64,000 nucleotides of DNA from Felis catus (taxonomy: Eukaryota), in assembly GCF_018350175.1 (NCBI RefSeq), contig NC_058368.1, positions 117,492,001-117,556,000 on the forward strand. Direction: 5' to 3'. Position numbers and translations under genes: made by a program. Shown one piece after another: positions 59,060 through 64,000 of the stretch; within the stretch, counting starts at the first letter, position 1; each line of letters starts with the position of its first letter. Under the pieces are notes generated by a model. The model searched no databases, was not told where the DNA came from, and was given only the letters and a program-made list of their open reading frames with translations.

Positions 59060-59400
59060 CAACAGTGCCCATTTACTAAGAGATTTTGTGAGAATCCATG
59101 TCCAAAGGCTTCCTGAAACCAAACCCCAGCATATCGGCTGTTCCTTTCAGCCCCTAATTTAGTAATTCTATTGAGAAAAAGAGATTGTGGGTTTTTTTAT
59201 TTGGTGTGATTTATTCTTTATCATATAAATAATAATAATTTACAAAGCTCTTCCCCAAACAGAAGAGAATCTGTACATAAAAATAAACAAAAATTAAACT
59301 GAGCTGGGCCTGGTGCCCAGAAAACCAGCCAATTCCAAACATAACCAGGGGGGAAAATTCCTCCAGGTCCTGGGAGCTCTGAGGACTTGGCTGGAATTCT
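59060..59400 (-). mobile_element. CR1-clade LINE ORF2 fossil (pre-RT region and RT N-terminal blocks)
   Basis: Frameshifted minus-strand translation PGPGGIFP / LELAGFL / LSLIF ... KNKSHQ...ISF / NRITKL / ADMLGFGFRK..DMDSHKI versus CR1 SPGPDGIHP..LKELA..PLSIIF ... KNKSCQTNLISFFDRITKL..VDVVYLDFSKAFD.VSH. Confidence 0.72.
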
Positions 59401-60309
59401 GGGTGGAGGCTCTGGTCCGGGAAGCCATTGCCTCCTCTTCCCTTGATCTTGTGCAGGACGATGGCACCCCTGGCAGCCAACACTCATGGAACGCCAACCA
59501 GCAGACTCTTTGGGCTGGGACGTGGGTGGAATTTGGACCCAAAGGCATAATCAATTTTTAAAACTCCTGGGCAGTGTGCTTGCTGCTGGCTCCCAGGGAC
59601 TGCAAGAGCTATTGTGGCTGGGAAGATGGGGTATTTATTGGCCAACACCCAAAGTAGGTGGAAGCTGCCTATGATTCCATTTTTCCCTGTAGCTCATTAG
59701 ATGATTGGGTTGGGCAGAAGATCCTCTGATCTTCTTTTCCCTTGGAGCTCCGACCCCCTCCCTGGAGGCTTGTTATTGCTATAGATATTGAAAGATGACA
59801 AGCAATCTCCTTGACCATTGATTAATTTCCCTCAACAGACACTCTCTGGCTGTTTGCAACTTCTCTCCCCCACCCCTCTTATTTCCAGAAAGCCTCTACG
59901 AACAAGCCTGCCTTTCCACATTTTGGCTTGTACCTTTACTTTAGAGACTATATATGCCTGGAGGAGATTGTAAGCACTCTCTTCCAATCCCAAGGCAGGA
60001 GTTATGTCTGCATTGGTCTCCAGGTTCACAGTCATTTGCGATTAAGAATTTTGTAGGTGGCAAAGGTGGTCCTGATAGCATGATAATGTTGAAGGTGATG
60101 ATGGCAAAAATGATGGGGAAGAGCCAGACAAAAGGGAATGTGATCATGATGCTGAGCATGCCCTTGTGGCCGGGGTGATTGTCTGGCTTAGACTGAAATC
60201 AGAAAGTAGAAAATGACAGATTGTGAATATGGTGGTGATGGCAACAATGATGGCGAAAGCAAGGAACCCAAGAAGAAGAAAGTGAAGGCAAGTGCGTGCA
60301 GGTGAGGAG

Positions 60310-60510
60310 ATATAGAATAGAGGGGTTAAGAGCCCAGATTCTGGGGCTAGACATTCTGGTTTGAAATTCCAGCTCTACCCCTAATTGCTAAGGTTAGTTA
60401 CTTAACCTCTCTTCCTCCCATCTGTAAAGTGGAGATTGTAATAGTACCTGCCTCATATGGTTGCTGGGGATACATGTAAAGTGCCTGTTCATGGTAAACA
60501 CTGTGTAAGG
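60310..60510 (+). mobile_element. MIR
   Basis: GGTTAAGAGCCCAGATTCTGG...TTTGAAATTCCAGCTCTACC...CATCTGTAAAGTGGAGATTGTAATAGTACCTGCCTCATA. Confidence 0.9.
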
Positions 60511-61014
60511 ACATGTGCTATAAGGTGTAGATGGCAGTTATAGCTACATCTGGAGGAGTGGGGACCAAAAAGCATAGCAAGCAGTGGTGGAAGAATCAGG
60601 AAACCTTGGTCGGGCTCTAACCCTTACTCTATGTGACTCCTCCCACCCCCCACCTTAGTTACCTTATGAGTGAAAGGAGAACAGAAGTGAATAATACTCA
60701 GATTTCAGAAGTCCCCCTGAGCAATAAGGCTCTACCTATGTGACGAATACATGGCCCTGTGGGAACATCCAGGCCCAGACAAGACCATGCAGGTCTGTAG
60801 GTCCAGGTGTAGATTCATCAGGCATTCTTGTACTAGGGGTCAAACAAAGGAAGATGCTCAGCAGGTTGGACCAGCATCCTACTACAGGTAATGGAAAGGT
60901 GAAGGGTGAGCTCCCGCCTGGGGGAGGGGGCCCCAGCTGCCTCTCACTCCAAGGCAGCTACCAGATTCCAAAGTGTAGCCCTGATGGTGTTGTGCTGGAA
61001 ATCTCATTATACTG

Positions 61015-61111
61015 TGACCCTTGGCTATGTTGGTCTCTGTTCCTAAGCTGACCTGGCTATGTTGGTCTCTGTTCCTAAGCTGACCACATGTTGGTCTCTG
61101 TTCCTAAGCTG
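61015..61111. repeat. 3-copy ~32-bp tandem repeat (minisatellite-like)
   Basis: TGACC(n)ATGTTGGTCTCTGTTCCTAAGC at 61015, 61049, 61081. Confidence 0.95.
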
Positions 61112-61714
61112 TAAGATTTCATAACAGAGCCAGACTTTTCCAATTCTGCCCCTTGTTCACATTCTCCATCAGTCTCTTCCTCCCCCTGGGGTTAGAGGAC
61201 CGAAATGGGAAGCAAAGTTCACTTATGCCCTGTGCCTAATTAAATCTTTACAGACCCCTCTCAAGTGGACCTTGTCTAATAAGGTCGCAGCTCTCTTATG
61301 TCTTCATAACCAACAGGTGGCTCTCAGAGGCTGCAGGGAGCAGAAGGTTTCCAGCATTCCTGTCCCAGAGGGCCCTCCCCCTTCAGGCTCATTTGCCCCT
61401 GAAAGTCAGGGATGGGGCCATGGGGTTGGCCTTCAGTGTCCAAGGAGCCTTCATCAGTCCCTTACCTCTCCTCCTGACAGGGTACTGTGGGCTTCCCACC
61501 ATTAGCCAATCCTGAAGCAGGGAGAATAGTCCTGGCATGTCCTGGGTTCCAGTCACACCACAGTCTACGGTCTTGGCATGATCTGCCTCCAGGAGCTGAG
61601 GGATGCCTGGTGGGGTCTGCCCTCTGACTTACCCCTTGGCTTAGATCCCAATCCATCTCGGCTCTATGTATGCATTTGGCTAATGCTTAGAAGACATAGT
61701 TCATATATTAACAA

Positions 61715-61915
61715 TCCACTTATTGAGTTCTTACTACATGCCAGGCTTTATGCTAGATGCTCCACGTGTATCATCTCACTAAATCCTTATTTATAGATGA
61801 AGAAACAGATTCAGAGAGGTTAGGTCACTTGTTCAACATCACACAGTTAGAAAGCATCAGAGTCTAGATTCACAGACCTCCCTGATGCCAAAGGCTGTAC
61901 TCTTACCCACTAAGC
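61715..61915 (-). mobile_element. MIR
   Basis: TTATTGAGTTCTTACTACATGCCAGGC...TTATAGATGAAGAAACAGATTCAGAGAGGTTAGGTCACTTG. Confidence 0.9.
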
Positions 61916-62740
61916 TATGCACCACCCACCTGGATGGACAGGTCCCCCTCCTGACACACAGTGAACAAGTTGTGTGGAGGACATTGTGAAGAGCCAAGGG
62001 ATGGCCTCAGATCTACCTGCCCACCCATGATCGTGTCCACCTGAGACTGTCCAGGGAACCTCCCAGGAAAGCTGGAGCAGAGCCCAAGTCTGCCTAGACA
62101 GTTCAAGGAAGCTGCCAAGCCTCTGCTGAGTCAGCAGACACCCGTCTACAGGCCCCCACCATGAGCTCACCATGAGAACTCCCACAGTACCTCTCCCCAG
62201 CTTCTGGCTCCTCCATCAAGGTGATCCTCTGACTCCTCTCTTCCCTGTACCCTCTCCAACCTCTACAATGTTCCCTGTGGAGCCCCTGGTCTCCCTTCCT
62301 CCTGAAGCCCCAGGCCTGTATGGTTTGACTGGTCCAGCCTGCAAATCTCCAAGTTGGGCTTCCCTTCAGGGTCACAGCTTCGGGTGCATCTGTGCATCTT
62401 GTCTGTACTTCTATAAATCAGATGAAGACCAGAGTCTTCTGGCCACTCTGGACCCCCTCCTCCCTGCTCACCAGCTGCACAATGCAGTCAGGGCGAAGGG
62501 GGTGGACTGGCAGAAACCAGCTTCTTTCTGAGGATGGAAAACAGAACTGCAGGAAATTAACAGGCTGAGAAATGTCTGCCTGGCTCTGTGTTTGTTTTGT
62601 GCCCTCAGTCTTTCTCTCTGCAGCTCCCTCCTCCTGCCCCTGCCACCTCCATCCTGCTCCCCCCCCCAACCCCCACTACTCAGCGTGGGCGCCTGGGGCT
62701 GAAGGTTGTGCAGCTGGGGCTTTACAGGAAGGTGCATCTT

Positions 62741-62742
<2 letters not shown>

Positions 62743-62778
<36 letters not shown>
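62743..62778. repeat. (TG)n microsatellite
   Basis: About 18 uninterrupted TG units. Confidence 0.97.
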
Positions 62779-62779
<1 letters not shown>

Positions 62780-63374
62780 ATGCGCTCAATGTATGTGTTT
62801 CCATGTGTGTGTTTAGGGATGTCAGACCTGCCCCTCCTTTCGAGGCAGCTTAGCCAGAAACGCCAGCGGCAGAGACAATTGTGCGGGTGGGGATGCTGAG
62901 CACAGAGCCTGTGGAGCCCGTGGGCAGGCAGAGAAGCACCACACAAGAAATTGATTCCATTAAAAAGTAATCTTAAATTTAATAAAAGTTATGATTTGAT
63001 TATAGCCACAGAACCTACAGGCAAGAGGGAAGGGGGGGATGGATTCCAGTGATGGATAAACAGAAAGAAAAAAAAAAAAACAAGAAGGCAGGGAGGAGGG
63101 GAGGAGAGAGAGATGCTTAGGTTTGGATGGATGAGAGGATGGAAAGACCTGGGGGTGGGGAATGAGACCATTTTCTCTCCCTCAGATGGAAGAAAAAAGC
63201 CTGTGGCTGGTTTCCAAAGAGGAAGCAGAGTGAGGAGTAAGTGAAGAGATTCAAAGAGCTCTTGGGAATAGGGCAGTTGGAGGAGGTTGGTGCTTGGAGG
63301 CAAGGCCAGGAGATGGGGTTATGCAGGAGGGATGTCCCCAAGACCTGGGGATGTAGGCAAGGAACACAAAACAC

Positions 63375-63580
63375 CAATTTAGCAGTCAGACAGTCACTCC
63401 TGGGTTTAAATTCCAGGTCAGCCTCCTCCTAGCAGCACTACTTAACTTTTCAGACCCTCAGTTTCTTCATCTGCTAAATGGACCTATGGAGATAGTGTCT
63501 ACCTACACACCTCACAAGGTGGTCATAAGGATGACTGAAACCGTGCAGACGCGGTATCGGGCATCTCCTCGGCGCCCAGT
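63375..63580 (+). mobile_element. MIR
   Basis: CCTGGGTTTAAATTCCAGG...CCTCAGTTTCTTCATCTG...CCTCACAAGGTGGTCATAAGGATGA. Confidence 0.8.
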
Positions 63581-63682
63581 AAAGTATCCTTTGCTTCCTG
63601 TCTCTCCCCCTTCAGGGTCATCACCTCCACACTGCCCCCTCCCATTTGTTTGCAGGCATTAGTCAATCCTACTCCTTTAAAG

Positions 63683-63801
63683 AGAAAAAGTTTATTTATT
63701 TATTTATTTATTTAGTAATCTCTACACTCATTGTAGGGCTCGAACTCATGACCCCCAGATCAAGAATTACATACCATTTTGACTGAGCCAGCCAGGCACC
63801 C
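63683..63801 (-). mobile_element. Short old Can-SINE
   Basis: TAATCTCTACAC...GGGCTCGAACTCATGACCCC...GACTGAGCCAGCCAGGCACCC; TSD AATCCTA(C/T)TCCTTT. Confidence 0.92.
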
Positions 63802-64000
63802 TAATCCTATTCCTTTTTAAAAATTCTTTTTGCAGTGGTAGGGCCTAAATGGCCCCCATCTCCTATCTCATCATAGGGAGTTTATTCTTATACTTTGTCC
63901 TTTGCCCATCTCTCTAGAGCATGAATAAGGGCATGGACAAGGCAGGGAAGCCTCATGTTCTAGAACTTACTTCCATTATGGGCTAAGGGATCACCTGGAG

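Noticed and set aside
59954..60290. Met-rich ORF
   Set aside because: Derived from a degenerate (GAT/GGT)n low-complexity tract.

Overview
Mammalian nuclear DNA, almost certainly from a felid: it is dense with tRNA-Lys-derived Can-SINEs, including young SINEC_Fc-type copies. It is GC-rich, repeat-rich intronic or intergenic sequence. I found no credible protein-coding gene, RNA gene or CRISPR array, and the supplied ORFs are explained by repeats and low-complexity DNA. I cannot name the locus. Contents: about 30 Can-SINEs (many with readable target-site duplications, several nested or multimerised), very many MIR and L2 relics, CR1/L3 fossils, hAT (MER5, MER20) and Tigger2-type DNA transposons, a MER21-type LTR, and an intact 548-bp gammaretrovirus-type solo LTR with a 4x37-bp U3 repeat. 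Most notable: (i) a decayed LINE-1 ORF2 endonuclease N-terminus at ~30.2 kb whose motifs resemble non-mammalian vertebrate L1; (ii) the solo LTR with tandem PBX-type motifs; (iii) ancient CR1 RT and 3'-end fossils; (iv) a CpG-rich promoter/enhancer-like patch at ~50.2-50.7 kb plus several repeat-free, motif-rich islands that may be developmental enhancers. Family names come from recalled consensus sequences, old-element boundaries are approximate, and no database search was run.
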